NCBI GenBank assembly: GCA_951406725.2
Contig: OX597836.1
Location: forward strand, 40,424,001-40,488,000
DNA from: Octopus vulgaris
Taxonomy: Eukaryota
Reading direction: 5' to 3'
DNA: 64,000 nt
This document shows positions 13,500 to 26,942 of this stretch, piece by piece; the first letter of the stretch is position 1; each line of letters begins with the position of its first letter. The notes beneath the pieces are model-generated. The model was not told the DNA's origin. It ran no database searches and worked only from the letters and a program-made list of their open reading frames with translations. The position numbers and the translations under genes are program-made.

Positions 13500-14300
13500 A
13501 AGCGGCGGCGGCGGCGGAGGCGGTGGTGGTGGTGGTGGTGCTTCTGCTTCTGCTACTGGTATTGGTGGTGGCGGCGGTGATGAAGGGGGGGCAGTGGTGG
13601 TGGTGGTGGTGAAGGTGGTAATGATAATGTTGACGTTTGTGATGGTAGTGATGACAGTGATGGTGGCTATTGTCGTGGTGGAAGTGGAGGCGGCGGCTGT
13701 GATGCGACTGCGGCGGTGATGGTGGTGGTGGTGGTGGTGGATGTAGTGGTGGTGATGGTGGCTATTGTCGTGGTGGAGGTGGCGGTAGTGGTGGTGGTTG
13801 TAGCGTTGATAATAGTAAGTTTGGTGATGGTGTTAAGGGTGGTGATGGTGTTGATGATAGTAATAGTGGCTATTTTCGTGGTGACGACGGTGGAAGTGGT
13901 GGTGGTGGTGGTGGTGGTGGTGGTGGTGGTGGTAGTAGTAGTGGTAACTGTAGTGGCGGTGATGGTGGCTATTGTCGTGGTAGAGGCGGTGACGGCGGTG
14001 GTGGTGGTGGTGGCTGTAGTGGTGGTGATGGTGGCTATTGTCGTGGTGGAGGCGGCGGTGGTGGTGGTAGTGTTGATAATAGTAAGTTTGGTGATGGTGT
14101 TAAGGGTGGTGATGGTGTTGATGATAGTAATGGTGGCGACGGCGAAAGTGGTGGTGGTGGTGGTGGTGGTGGTGGAGGCGGCGGCGGTGGTGGTAGCGTT
14201 GATAATAGTAAATTCGGTGATGGTGTTAAGGGTGCTGCTGCTGCTGCTGATGCTGCTGTTGGTATTGGTAGTGTTGGAGGTGGTCGTCGTCGTCGCCGTT
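13500..14300. repeat. Degenerate (GGT)n tract with internal higher-order duplications
   Basis: GTTGATAATAGTAARTTYGGTGATGGTGTTAAGGGTG recurs near 13805, 14073 and 14198. Confidence 0.9.
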
Positions 14301-14429
14301 GTAAAAGACGGCCTATTAATATACACCACATCTAACCGTATCATATCATGTGCAGGATTGTTTTAATAACTTACACAAAGATTTGCATCGCTTCGGTTGG
14401 CTTTTCATTTCCTTGTGTTTTTATTTTTT

Positions 14430-14488
<59 letters not shown>

Positions 14489-14602
14489 TCGTGTGATAGG
14501 TGAACGTTAGATAGATGCGTGTTTATGTAGACGATTCGTTACTAAGTTTCTTAATGTAAAGTGTGGTTGGTTTTGTATAATTGGTGTTTCTGTTGTTGTT
14601 CA

Positions 14603-14645
<43 letters not shown>

Positions 14646-14796
14646 GCTATCCTTAAGACGGCGAGCTGCCAGAATTGTTAGTACGCTGGAAGAAAAGCTT
14701 AGCGACATTTTGTCAATCTTTACGTTCTAGGTTCAAATTCCACCCAGGTCGACTTTGCCTTTTATCATTTCAGGGTCGATAAATTTAGGAGAAAGG

Positions 14797-14852
<56 letters not shown>

Positions 14853-14853
<1 letters not shown>

Positions 14854-14980
14854 GAGTGAGAGAGCAGTGCATGCCATCAAAGTGACACTGGGATAAAATA
14901 ATACGAAGCCCGGTATACCCATCGTGACTACTTGTCTGATAAGGGTACACCAGGCACATGCATCACAACAGCACCTGACC
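14853..14980 (-). mobile_element. Probable 3' end of a (TAA)n-associated non-LTR retrotransposon (Dong/R4-like)
   Basis: Minus strand ends GCATGCACTGCTCTCTCACTC directly into (AAT)n. Clade assignment is inferred from the target repeat only. Confidence 0.4.
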
Positions 14981-15051
14981 GTGTGTGTATATATGTGTGT
15001 GTGCATGTATATATATATATCTGTGTGTGTATGTGAGAACGTGTATGCATG

Positions 15052-15089
<38 letters not shown>

Positions 15090-15446
15090 CATGTATGTGT
15101 GTGTATATGTGTGCATGTATAAGTGTATGTATGGGCGTATATGTGTGTATTGTGTGTGTATATATATATATGTTTGTGTGTAAATGTGTGTGTATGTATA
15201 TGCGTGTATATGTCTGTGTATATATACGTGTGGATGTGTGTTATTACATAGATGTGCGTGTATAGATGTGTGTGTGCGTGTGTGTGTGTGTGAGTGCTTT
15301 CCAAGATGTCCACTTGCTGAAATCTTACTTGTTGAGGTGTAGCGCTCTCAGTTTAAATAACAACGATTCGCTCAATCAGAGCTGATCTAGAACTAAACAT
15401 CGAAGATAAGTGACCTAGTGTTAAACAAAAACAACAGCAGCAACAA

Positions 15447-15830
15447 GTGGAGGCGCAATGGCCCAATGGTTAGGGCAGTGGACACGCGGTCGGAGGATCG
15501 CGGTTTTGATTCCCAGACCGGGCGTTGTGTATGTTTATTGAGCGAAAACACCTAAAGCTCCACGAGGCTCCGGCAGGTGGGGGTGGCGACCCCTGTTGTA
15601 CTCTTTCGCTCCAACTTTCTCTCACTCTTTCTTCCTGTTTCTTGTCCCCGACTTCCTACGCAACCGCTGAGCCTGGATGCGCATTCATCCATCCGTCGAT
15701 GCTCTCGGTGTCGGGGGTTGACCTGCTTTCTCTTCTGCGGGTCTTACGAATAGCAAAGGACCACGTTTCGGACTTCTCCCCCTACAGACGGGGCGAAGAC
15801 CGCTTCGCTCAACAAACAAACAAACAAACA
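15447..15830 (+). mobile_element. SINE S1, tail type c
   Basis: S1 head, then a distinct tail TGTCCCCGACTTCCTACGC...GACCGCTTCGCTC(AAAC)n. Confidence 0.85.
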
Positions 15831-15875
15831 GCAACAACAATAGTAAGGTTCTACTCTGTCTGGATTGACCTAGAC

Positions 15876-16063
15876 CAGCGCTTTTCAAACTTTTTGCTGG
15901 AGTGGAACCCCTGAGCAATAATTTAATAGTCTTATGCACACATATCTGCACAGGAGACTTAAACATTACTGACGATTTTAGCAGTTTTGTAACTTCTTGC
16001 GGAACCCGTGGACTGTGCTGGCGGAACCCTAAGGTTCCGCGGAACCCTGGTTGAAAACCACTG
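15876..16063. mobile_element. hAT (Charlie-like) MITE
   Basis: TIRs CAGCGCTTTTCAA / TTGAAAACCACTG. Perfect 8-bp TSD ACCTAGAC at 15868-15875 and 16064-16071. Confidence 0.92.
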
Positions 16064-16917
16064 ACCTAGACTAAACAGACTTGACGTGGTGTTAAACATG
16101 AACGACAACAAGGCATTACTCAATAACAGCCGACTTCTGACAACGCAACAGACAAGACACTGACCTGGGGTTAAACGACAACCTAGGTTCATTTTAAAGT
16201 TTAAACGTTTAAACTGAATGAGGCAAACAAGAACGTTAACAACAATGATAACTTCCGTTTCTTATACAAAAGCGTTAATTTCCGCTTGGTTTCCTCCATA
16301 TCTTCTTGAAATAACAATCAATGTGTTTAGAACTCAATGGCGGCCATCAATTCTTGTTTTCCTTCCATTTTGTTCCCCAAGCTGTTCAACCATTTTTAGC
16401 TCCTGACAAATAACTATTAAATGTTTTCATGTTATTTATTTCAGCATTCCTTCATTCTACAATTCCTTTAAAGCATTCAACCTATTCTTTTATTCATAAC
16501 ATAACTTCGTTCTTACATTCTTTGCTATTAATATTATTATCGGCTGCTTCCAGTGAATGATTTCATGTTCGCGCTAAAAAAAATTCTACTTAACATAACT
16601 TATAAGATGGAGCTTTGTCGAAATCACAGCTCATCAACATCAACACAACCAGCATTATCATTATTATTGTTGCTGTTGTTGTTGTTGTTGTTGTTGTTGT
16701 TACACTTTCATGCTCTGAGTTGCATTAACCACGCCAAGTTCACTTTTGTTTTTTTCCTCCTTTCGAGATCCACGAAATAGGTACTAGCTTAACACTGGGG
16801 TCGATGCAATCGACTCGCCCCCCACCCCAAATCTTTCAGGCCTTGTACCTATAGTTGAAAGGATTATTATTATCATCATCATCATCATCATCATCATCAT
16901 TATCATCGTTATTATCA

Positions 16918-16954
<37 letters not shown>

Positions 16955-17025
16955 CAACATCGTCATCATCATCATCATCATCATCATCATTATCATCATC
17001 ATCATCATTATTATTATTATTATCA

Positions 17026-17056
<31 letters not shown>

Positions 17057-17073
17057 AATTATTATTATTATTA

Positions 17074-17104
<31 letters not shown>

Positions 17105-17144
17105 CATTATTATCATTATTATCATTATTATCATTATTATTATA

Positions 17145-17360
17145 AAGCGGCCAGCCGGCAGAATCGTTAGCACACAGGACGAAATGCTTACCAGTATTTC
17201 GCCCGTCGCTACGTTCTGAGTTCAAATTCCGCCGAGGTCGATTTTACCTTCCGTCTTTTCGGGGACGATAAATTAAGTACCAGTGAAACACTGGGGTCGA
17301 TGTAATTGACGTAACCCCTTCCTCAAAATTGCTGGCCTTGTGCCAAAATTTGAAACCATT
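17145..17360 (+). mobile_element. SINE S2, tail type 2, in (ATT)n
   Basis: Head CGGCAGAATCGTTAGCAC, core GGTCGA..TAAATTAAGTACCAG, tail GCTGGCCTTGTGCCAAAATTTGAAA. Confidence 0.88.
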
Positions 17361-17404
17361 ATTATTATTATAATAATAATAATAATTATTATTATTATTA
17401 TTAC

Positions 17405-17461
<57 letters not shown>

Positions 17462-17901
17462 CATTGTCACATTTTGAGCTTAGATCCTGCCAGGGTGACT
17501 TTGCCTTTTATCCTTGAGGTCGATATAATATAATGCTTCTGTCCTCCAAAATTTAAGGCCTTCTACTTCTACTAGAATCATTATTATTATTTTTCTCTCT
17601 CTCCCCTTTACCTTTTCTGCATTCAAATCCTGCTTAGAATCCTTTGTCTCTCATCCTTTATGCTGGGGATGGGATCGATGAAATAAAATGCTAGTCTGGT
17701 ATTGACGACCAATATTATCGACTGCAATGTGGCAGCCTTATGATATAAAGAACGTAATACAAGTTTGAAGATTCAATAGGCTTAATTAATCAGCTGAGCA
17801 ATACATAATGTTCTAATCAGTCGACACACCCGTTTATCTATCTACACACAGACACGGACACAGACACACACTCACACATATATAAGCTTACACATATGCA
17901 T

Positions 17902-17993
<92 letters not shown>

Positions 17994-17996
<3 letters not shown>

Positions 17997-18176
17997 GGAG
18001 AGTTTACAAAAAAAAGACGAAGACAGGTGGTGTACAAAACAAACAGATATATTAGTATAACGCTCAGGAATAGAAAAAGTCTTTTACGTTTCGAGCCTAC
18101 GCTCTTATACAGAAAGAGATACAGAAAAAAACAAGGAGAGAAAAAAATATGTGTAGTGGCTAACGATCTATCATGG

Positions 18177-18179
<3 letters not shown>
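17994..18179 (-). mobile_element. (TA)n-embedded ~190-bp element family B with non-canonical hammerhead-like motif
   Basis: Motif at 18081-18116. Homologous to 23887-24089, 36954-37058, 39617-39800 and 62817-63017. Confidence 0.82.
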
Positions 18180-18250
<71 letters not shown>

Positions 18251-18573
18251 AGGCAATTACGTGGACTTGGGTTTAATATGCAATATATATATATATATAT
18301 ATAAATATATGTATTATTTATACATACAGCTAAGCCCGGTTTCACCCGGTCTGTTTGGAGGATGTGGCTGTGATCGTTTTCGGTTAGGCATAATCTATAA
18401 CACCATTTCTCAACCTTATCATTTCGGGTGTCCTGTTTTGATTGGAGCCCCCGATCCCTTGTCAGAAAACAACTTCAGGAGTTGTGAAGAAAGTATTTGT
18501 ACGTAGTCTGTTTCTGAAAGCTCTTCTATTGGACCTCTGTCTAATCATTGAAACATTTATTTAATTATGAACA

Positions 18574-19270
18574 TAGCAAGTTAGTTTCCGGTTGACTGAA
18601 GTAAATTATTTAGCCCATACATTCGGTATTGAGCTATTATTTCCATCCCTTACGGTTAACGTACAAATTCACAGATACATAGATACGCACATATATAAAT
18701 GTACGCATGCATGAATGTATGAATATACATTCATGCAGATGTCAACTCGGGATTTGCGGTTGCTTTCGGACACTTCATGAGGCACCCATTTTCCAAGTTA
18801 TTTGGAATTTCCAGCCTATGTCTATACATACATACATATATACATACATACATACATACAGACATACATACATACATACATACATACATGCATGCATGCA
18901 TGCATACATACATACATACATACATACATACATACATACATACATACATACATACATACATGCATACATACATACATACATACATACATACATGCATACA
19001 TACATACACACATATATATATACATACATGCATACATACATACATGCATGCATACATACATACATACATACATACATGCATGCATACATACATACTTACA
19101 TACATACATGCATGAATATATTCATACTTTCATGCATGCATACATTTATATATGTGCATATCTGTGTATCTGTGAATGTATACGTTAACCGTAAGGGATG
19201 GAAATAATAGATCAATACCGGAAGTATGGGCTAAATAATTTAATTCAGTCAACCGGAAACTAACTTGCTA
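18574..19270. mobile_element. Foldback/MITE-like element: ~160-bp inverted repeats around a (CATA)n tract
   Basis: Arms 18574-18737 and 19109-19270. TA at both outer ends (possible TSD). Confidence 0.7.
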
Positions 19271-19407
19271 AAACTGTTTGTTGCACTTTGGCTTAGTTAA
19301 TGTTTTTTTTATTTAAACAAACTGGTTCCGTCAGACGGAATTTAATTGTGTGTGTGTGTATGTGTGTGTGTGTGTCTGTGTGATAGATAGACAAACAGGC
19401 AGGCAGA

Positions 19408-19481
<74 letters not shown>

Positions 19482-19484
<3 letters not shown>

Positions 19485-19500
19485 TGAAAGAAGCCTCTCG

Positions 19501-19548
<48 letters not shown>

Positions 19549-19766
19549 CGTGTGTTTGTGTGTCTGTGTTTGACCCCACAACATCGCTTGACAACCGATG
19601 CTGGTGTGTTAACGTCCCCGTAACTTGGCGGTTCGGCGAAAGCGACCGATGGAATAAGTACTGGGCCTACTGAGAATGAGTCCTGGGGTCGATTAGCTCG
19701 ACTAAGGGCGGTGCTCCAGCATGGCCGTGGTCAAATGACTGAAACAAGTAAAAGAGTAAAAAGAGT
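19482..19766 (+). mobile_element. SINE S3, 5'-truncated
   Basis: Matches the 3' part of 30041-30450. Confidence 0.9.
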
Positions 19767-20465
19767 ACATATGCACACACACAGATTTATCGTAAGGTTT
19801 CCATATACGTATTTTCTTTACACGAGTATATTCTTTCCCTTCTTTTATATCACATTGTCATTGGTCATAGCCCCGGGTTAATTCCTAATTGATAGCAGAG
19901 CACTTTCAGCGAGTAAATTCCTCGATTAGGAAATCAGAAGTGGCATGTGAGGTTCATATATTATGTATATAAACACACGAGTAGTTATATTTTGCGTGTA
20001 TGTGTACGTGTGTGTTTATGCGTGAAAGTGTGTTTGCGCATATGCATGCGTTATGTGTGTGTGTGCGTGAGTGCGTGTGTGCATGCGTGCGTGTGTGCGT
20101 GCGTGCGTGCGAGCCTGGAGGTGATTCGATTGTCATCGTTTTAAATGGACATTTTTAATTCATTTTAAAATTACATTATTTGTATGTGTCAATCAATATT
20201 AATTATACACGAGGGCAACAAACTGGCAAAATCGTTAGAGCATCAGAAATGATAACCTGCGGCAATTTTGGGGGGCTCTTTGCGTTCTGAATTCAACGTC
20301 CAACGAGATCGACTCCATCTTTCACACACATCCGCCCTGGGCTCGATAAAATAAAGTACAATTCAAGTACCTAGGTCGAGGTGATCGTTTAATCGACCCT
20401 CCGCCTCCTCGAAACTATTACCGTCGTGCCAAAATCATGTACCCATATTAATTATAACATATGTA

Positions 20466-20925
20466 AGGGCAATGAGCTGGCAGAAACGTTAGCACGCCGG
20501 GCGAAATGCTTTGCGGTATTTCGTCTGCCGTTACGTTGTGAGTTCAAATTCCGCCGAGGTCGACTTTGCCTTTCATCCTTTCGGTGTCGATAAATTAAGC
20601 ACCAGTTACGCACTGGGTCGATACAATCGACTTAATACCAATGTCTGTCCTTGTTTGTTCCCTCTGTGTTTAGCCCCTTGTGGGTAGTAAAGAAATAGGT
20701 ATTTCGTCAGCCGTTACGTTGTGAGTTCAAATTCCGCCGAGGTCGACTTTGCCTGTCATCCTTTCGGGGTCGATAAATTAAGCACCAGTTACGCACTGGG
20801 GTCGATATAATCGACTTAATCCGTTTGTATGTCCTTGTTTGTCCCTTCTGTGTTTATCCCCTTGTAGGTAGTAAAGAAATAGGTATTTCGTATGCCGTTA
20901 CGTTCTGAGTTCAAATTCCGCCGAT
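20466..20925 (+). mobile_element. SINE S2 tandem multimer
   Basis: Head, then AAAGAAATA|GGTATTTCG junctions near 20698 and 20882. Confidence 0.92.
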
Positions 20926-21176
20926 TTTTTTCTTATTTATCACATACATCACCGAAACATAGAAATGAAACATATTGATTTCAAATTTTGGCACAAGGCT
21001 GCCAATTTCGGAGGAGGGGGAAAAGTCGATTGCATCGATGCCAGTACCCAACTAGTACTTATTTTATCGACCGCGAGAGGAGGAAATGCAAAGTCACCCT
21101 CGGTAGAATTTGAACTCAGAACACCAACACTGGTCTAATATGAATGAAACATGTTGTCATTTGAAAGTATTGTTAT

Positions 21177-21478
21177 TTGTTTCTTCTCGAGCCATGCCTG
21201 GCTCATAAGGGTCGATTTCCCAGTTTCATTTGCATATAGGTTCCCCACCTGGACGGGACACCGGTCCGTCGCAGGTGAGCTGCCAGATGCAGGAGGAAAG
21301 AGTGAGAGAAAGTTGTGACGAAAGAGTCAGCAGAAGTTTGCCATTACCTTCTGTCGGAGCCGCGGGGAGTTCAGGTGTTTCGCTCATAAACACACACACA
21401 TCTCTCGGTCTGAGATTCGAACCCGCGATCCCTCGACCGCGAGTCCGCTGCTCTAGCCACTAGGCCATGCGTCTCCAC
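21177..21478 (-). mobile_element. SINE S1 variant head, tail type d
   Basis: Head GTGGAGACGCATGGCCTAGTGG..GGTTCGAATCTC. Tail CCTGCGACGGACCGGTGTCCCGTCCAGG...ATGAGCCAGGCATGG. Second copy at 24281-24562. Confidence 0.88.
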
Positions 21479-22199
21479 TGTTTTATAGTATACTTTAAAA
21501 ATAAAATATAATACACAATCCACTTTCAAATGCATTGAGTACTTTCTCTGGTTTCCAGACACATCACTGCCGTAATTGCTTCTGTCACCCTATCACCTAT
21601 ATTTGCATAGGCTCCACCATGGCCACCACCACCAATACAGTCATTAACACCACCTGGTTCACTGTTAATATGCCATGTGATGCCTTTTACATATGCTACA
21701 TCGATATCAACTGCAAAACTATAACCGCTACCATCACCAACACCACCACCACAACATCTACTACTACCACCACCACTATTACTACCACCATCACCACTGA
21801 AACTACTACCACCACCACAACTAATACTACCACTACAACTACTACCACCACAACTACCTCTGCTATTACTAATACTAATACTATTACTACTACCACTACA
21901 ACTACTTCCACTACTACTACTATCACAGATACCACTACAAGTACAAAAGCAGTATAGTGCTATACAAAGAGTACTGCTACTGCTACTCCTACACCATCGC
22001 CACCACATGAACACCACCTCCCCTACTACATCCTCACCAGCGCCGCCACCACCAGACACTTAACTGATTGTCAATGTTATTAATTAATTACGAGATTTGT
22101 TGTTGCAGTTGCTGTTGGTGTCGTTGTTGTTCCTTAATGGGAAATTGACCTGAGTTTCAGGTAGGGAACGGAGATTGGCAGGGTGGGGTGGGAGGAGTG

Positions 22200-22802
22200 A
22201 TGAGAGGAGAGGGCGGAGGAAATGAGAGACAGTGTGTGTGTGTGTCAGTTTGTGTGTGGGCGTGTGTGTGTGTATGTGTATGTGTGTGCGATTGTATATA
22301 TGTTTGTGTGTCGTGAGAAAGTATGTCTGTGTATGTGTGTGTGTGAGTGTGTGTGTGTGTGTGTGTGTCTGTGTGTCTGTGTGTCTGTGTGTGTGCGTTT
22401 GTGTGTGTGTGTGTGTTTGTGTGTGATTGTATATATGTTTGTGTCGTGAGAAAGTATGTCTGTGTGTATGTGTGTGTGAGTTTGTGTGTGTGTGTGTATG
22501 TGTGAGTTTGTGTGTGTGTGTGTGTTTGTGTGTCGTGAGAAAGTATGTCTGTGTATATATGTGTGTCTGTGTGTCTATGTGTGTGTGTGTGTCTGTGTGT
22601 GTGTGCGTTTGTGTGTGTGTGTGTGTTTGTGTGTGATTGTATATATGTGTGTGTGTCGTGAGAAAGTATGTTTGTGTATGTGCGTGAGTTTGTGTGTTTG
22701 TGTTTGCGTGTCGTGAGGAAGTATGTGTCTGTACGTGCGTGTGTGCTTGTGTGTGACTGTGTGTGTGCGTCTGTATGTGTATGTGTGCTTGTGTGTGCAT
22801 TC

Positions 22803-22833
<31 letters not shown>

Positions 22834-23180
22834 AGTGTGTTTGGGTGTGTGCGCGTGTGCTGTGTGTTTCTGGCGTGTGCTGTGTGTTTCTGGATCTGGT
22901 TTGCATGTTTGTGTGTATGGGCGAGTAAATGTATGTATGTATGTACGTGTATTTATGTGTGTGCGTGTGTGTGTGCGTGTGTGTGTGTGTGTGTGTGTAC
23001 GCGTGCGATGTGTGTTTCTGGATCCGTTTTGTATGCTTGTGTGTATGGGCGGGTGAATACATGTGCGTATGCATCTGTGTATTTATGTGTGTATGTGTCT
23101 GTATATGTGTGAGTATCTATGTGTGAATGACGGTATGTGTGTGTATGTGTATGTGTTTGTGTGTGTGTGTGTGAGTGCGC
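22200..23180. repeat. (GT)n-derived compound repeat with recurring GTCGTGAGAAAGTATG unit
   Basis: Unit occurs five times between about 22310 and 22725. Confidence 0.9.
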
Positions 23181-23705
23181 GCGCGGAGGGAAGAGAATTA
23201 AAAAAACAAAAACAAAAATCAATATAATTAGAAACGTGTTTTAAGCGAAATGAAAACCTAACACTTCAGAACGAAATATAAAATATAAAACCGACGGCGG
23301 TGATGGTGACATTCACCACCATCACCACCACCACCACCACCTGCATCACTACCACCACCATCACCACCACAACCACCGCCACCGGCATCATCACTACCAC
23401 CAGCATCGCCACCATATTAGCAAAGACGACGACGATATCGACGATATGGATAAGATGGAGGATGTTTATCCAATTCGTCTCTCTTCCATTTTATCTTAAT
23501 GATTCCGTTGACAAATCACAGCTTTAAAACATCTCTATACATACATACATACACACACACACATACATACATACATACATGCATACACACATACATACAT
23601 ACATACATACATACATACATACATACATACATACATACATACGCACGTACGTACTATGCTTTTTTTTCGTAAACTCTCCCTTTATATATATATATATATA
23701 TATAT

Positions 23706-23822
23706 AATAAAATATTAGGGAATAAATCCAAACTTACAGGGAAAAATCAGATTTAGGATTGAATCTAATTTTATAGTAAAATATTGATTTGCCTAATAGT
23801 GGTTTTATCTCTAATTTAATAT
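23706..23822 (-). mobile_element. Short copy of the 4674 family
   Basis: Same two outer ends as 4674-5152, with the strand switch near 23785. Confidence 0.8.
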
Positions 23823-23828
23823 TATGTA

Positions 23829-23886
<58 letters not shown>

Positions 23887-23889
<3 letters not shown>

Positions 23890-24089
23890 GGAGAGTTTAC
23901 GAAAAAAACAAGACGAAGACAGGTGGTGTATTAAGCAAACAGATGTATTAGTCTAACGCTCAGGAATAGAAAAAGTCTTTTACGTTTCGAGCCTACGCTC
24001 TTCTACAGAAAGGGACACAGAAAAAAAAACAAGGAGAAACACAAGGAGAGAAAAAATGTATGTAGTGGCTAACGATCTATCATGGTGGC
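23887..24089 (-). mobile_element. Family B element
   Basis: Motif at 23977-24012. (TA)n on both sides. Confidence 0.82.
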
Positions 24090-24093
24090 TGTA

Positions 24094-24177
<84 letters not shown>

Positions 24178-24280
24178 GAGACAGAGACAGACAGACAGAC
24201 AGAAAATATAAATGAGTAGCAATATAGCAACAGGTGTCAATCCATTACCGTAATGGATTGAGACCTGTACCTCTACTATT

Positions 24281-24562
24281 GTGGAGGCACATGGCCAAGT
24301 GGTTAGAGCAGCGGACTCGCACTCGAGGGATCGCGGGTTCGAATCTCAGACCGGGCGATATGTGTGTTTATGAGCAAAACACCTATGCTCCACGCGGCTC
24401 CAGCAGAAGGTAATGGCGAACTCTTTCGGCACAACTTTCTCTCACTCTTTCGTCCTGCATTTTGCAGCTCACCTGTGATGGACCGGCGTCCCCTCCAATG
24501 AAACCGGGAAAAGGGAAACCGGCCCGTTATGAGCCAGGCATGGATTGAGAAGGAACAAACAA
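24281..24562 (+). mobile_element. SINE S1 variant head, tail type d
   Basis: Homologous to 21177-21478. Imperfect TSD ACCTCTAYT. Confidence 0.88.
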
Positions 24563-24839
24563 CCTCTATTGTTATTTATTTATATTTTATTCTCGAAATC
24601 TGCTTTTCGTAAATATTACAGAGCGTATATTTAATATAAAGTACATGTCTGAATAGCTCAAGAGCGAATTTCTTCACTCAGCTGCGTCTAATTGTCTACA
24701 TACACTGCAAGAATATCATTCAGCCGGTACTTATGTACCGAGTTTGATATTTACATAATAATGTCGTGTGTGTGTGTGTATTATTCTGACCTAAAGAGGT
24801 GCCTCAATTTAAATACCTAATTCAGCAGAATCTTACTTG

Positions 24840-24915
<76 letters not shown>

Positions 24916-24937
24916 TATATATATATATATATATAAT

Positions 24938-25127
24938 ACCGCGTGTGTACTGTTAGCTATTTCTTTTCCTCTGCCTTCCCTTATCTGAATCTTTCCTTCT
25001 CCTATGTTTCCGACGAAGAGCTCCGCTCGAAACGTTAAACCCTCCTTCTTTCCTTCTTTCCTGACGGTCCAATAATACTATATTTGTTCCACGTTCTCGC
25101 GTTGTTGTGTCTTCATGTTTGGATTAA
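24938..25127 (+). mobile_element. Family A element
   Basis: Motif at 25006-25040. Confidence 0.8.
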
Positions 25128-25177
<50 letters not shown>

Positions 25178-25265
25178 CAAAGCATAATCAGAAATATTAG
25201 AAATTTCCATTACCTAGGAGTCCTATGATGGATTCGCCTTATGTGTTTAAACGTAGACTTTGTTT

Positions 25266-25370
<105 letters not shown>

Positions 25371-25535
25371 CTTATATAAAAATTATTTGACCATATCTCA
25401 CATGGAATTAAACGGCGGGCATTTTGAACTGGCCATGATGCATACGTGTATATATATGTAGGTATACGTTCGTATATGTAAGTATTCGTATGTTGTGTTT
25501 ATATATATATGTATTTATGTTTATCTTCTGTGTGT

Positions 25536-25594
25536 ATTCTACTGACGAAGCAAAGCGTTCCTAAATGCAAAGTCAGAAATCCGGGATCTAGAAT
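25536..25594 (+). ncRNA. Type I hammerhead ribozyme motif within a microsatellite-flanked segment (~25370-25838)
   Basis: ATTCTA-CTGACGA-...-GAAA-TCCGGGA-TC-TAGAAT: 6-bp stem I, intact core. Stem II is weak. Confidence 0.72.
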
Positions 25595-25834
25595 TATCCA
25601 GTAATTTTTTACTAGCTTCATCTTGTCACTTTGTTTTCTCTCCGTGTTGATATATGGACAATTTAGGTGGTTTTAAAGTCAGATCATGGCTGCTATTTTC
25701 GGTATGGTGATATCTCGTAGATACCCTAATTTATAATTTTAATAATTATTACCTTTGAAGGTAATAATTTTTTCCATGTTGACCACTTGATAAAATCGTT
25801 ATTTTATTTTTAAATTCACGATCTTATCCTTATT

Positions 25835-25876
<42 letters not shown>

Positions 25877-25899
25877 TATATATATATATATATATATAT

Positions 25900-26228
25900 A
25901 ACAATTAAGGATAAAATCTTAATAAGAAATCTTAACAAGAAATCATCAGGTAGTTAGCGTGAAAAACCTCATAAGTGAAAAATCTGAAAATTTTTTTCAC
26001 TTGAAAATATTTATTTATATTATATAGAGGGCATATTATTACACAGAAATGCCACACGCTAGGAGGGACTTTCAAAGTCATTACTCCCAAAAATAAAATT
26101 CTTTTTCTAAATGTCTTGCTTCGAGAGCTGTATTTGGGACGATTCGTTTATTTTTGGGAGTAATGACTTTGAAAGTCCCTCCTAGCGTGTGGCATTTATG
26201 TGTAATAATATGCCCTCTATATAATATA
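25900..26228 (-). mobile_element. (TA)n-embedded tail-plus-inverted-arm element
   Basis: 82-bp arms 26016-26097 and 26147-26228. Unpaired tail 25900-26015. Confidence 0.72.
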
Positions 26229-26251
26229 TATATATATATATATATACTTAT

Positions 26252-26383
<132 letters not shown>

Positions 26384-26398
26384 AGCAAAGGCGAAGAT

Positions 26399-26492
<94 letters not shown>

Positions 26493-26565
26493 TTGCTTTT
26501 ATTATTTTTTTCCTTGTTCCAGTTTGTCCAAAATATACAAAGATGTATCAAAATGAATGGGGAAG

Positions 26566-26942
26566 CACTCCGTCGGTTACGACGATGAGGGTTCCGGTTG
26601 ATCCGAATCAACGGAACAGCCTGCTCGTGAAATTAACGTGTAAGTGGCTGAGCACTCCACAGACACGTGTACCCTTAACGTAGTTCTCGGGGATATTCAG
26701 CGTGACACAGAGTGTGACAAGGCCGGCCCCTTGAAATACGGGTACAACAGAAACAGGAAGTAAGAGTGAGAGAAAGTTGTGGTGAAAGAGTACAGCAGGG
26801 ATCACCACCATCCCCTGCCGGAGACTCGTGGAGCTTTAGGTGTTTTCGCTCAATAAACACTCACAACGCCCGGTCTGGGAATCGAAACCGCGATCCTATG
26901 ACCGCGAGTCCGCTGCCCTAACCACTGGGCCATTGCGCCTCC
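26566..26942 (-). mobile_element. SINE S1, tail type a
   Basis: Near-identical to 176-557. Confidence 0.92.

Noticed and set aside
13667-14344. Mucin-like Thr-rich ORF (225 aa)
   Set aside because: Degenerate (ACC/GGT)n tract open on both strands. Similar tracts occur at 21535-22060 and 50074-50631.
18325-18560. Second Helitron 3' end (GCCCGGTTTCACCCGG)
   Set aside because: Hairpin-like motif present but no CTAG terminus or 5' end.
25218-25259. Possible decayed hammerhead AGTC-CTATGA...TAAACG-TA-GACT
   Set aside because: Two core defects and no stem II, so too degenerate to call.
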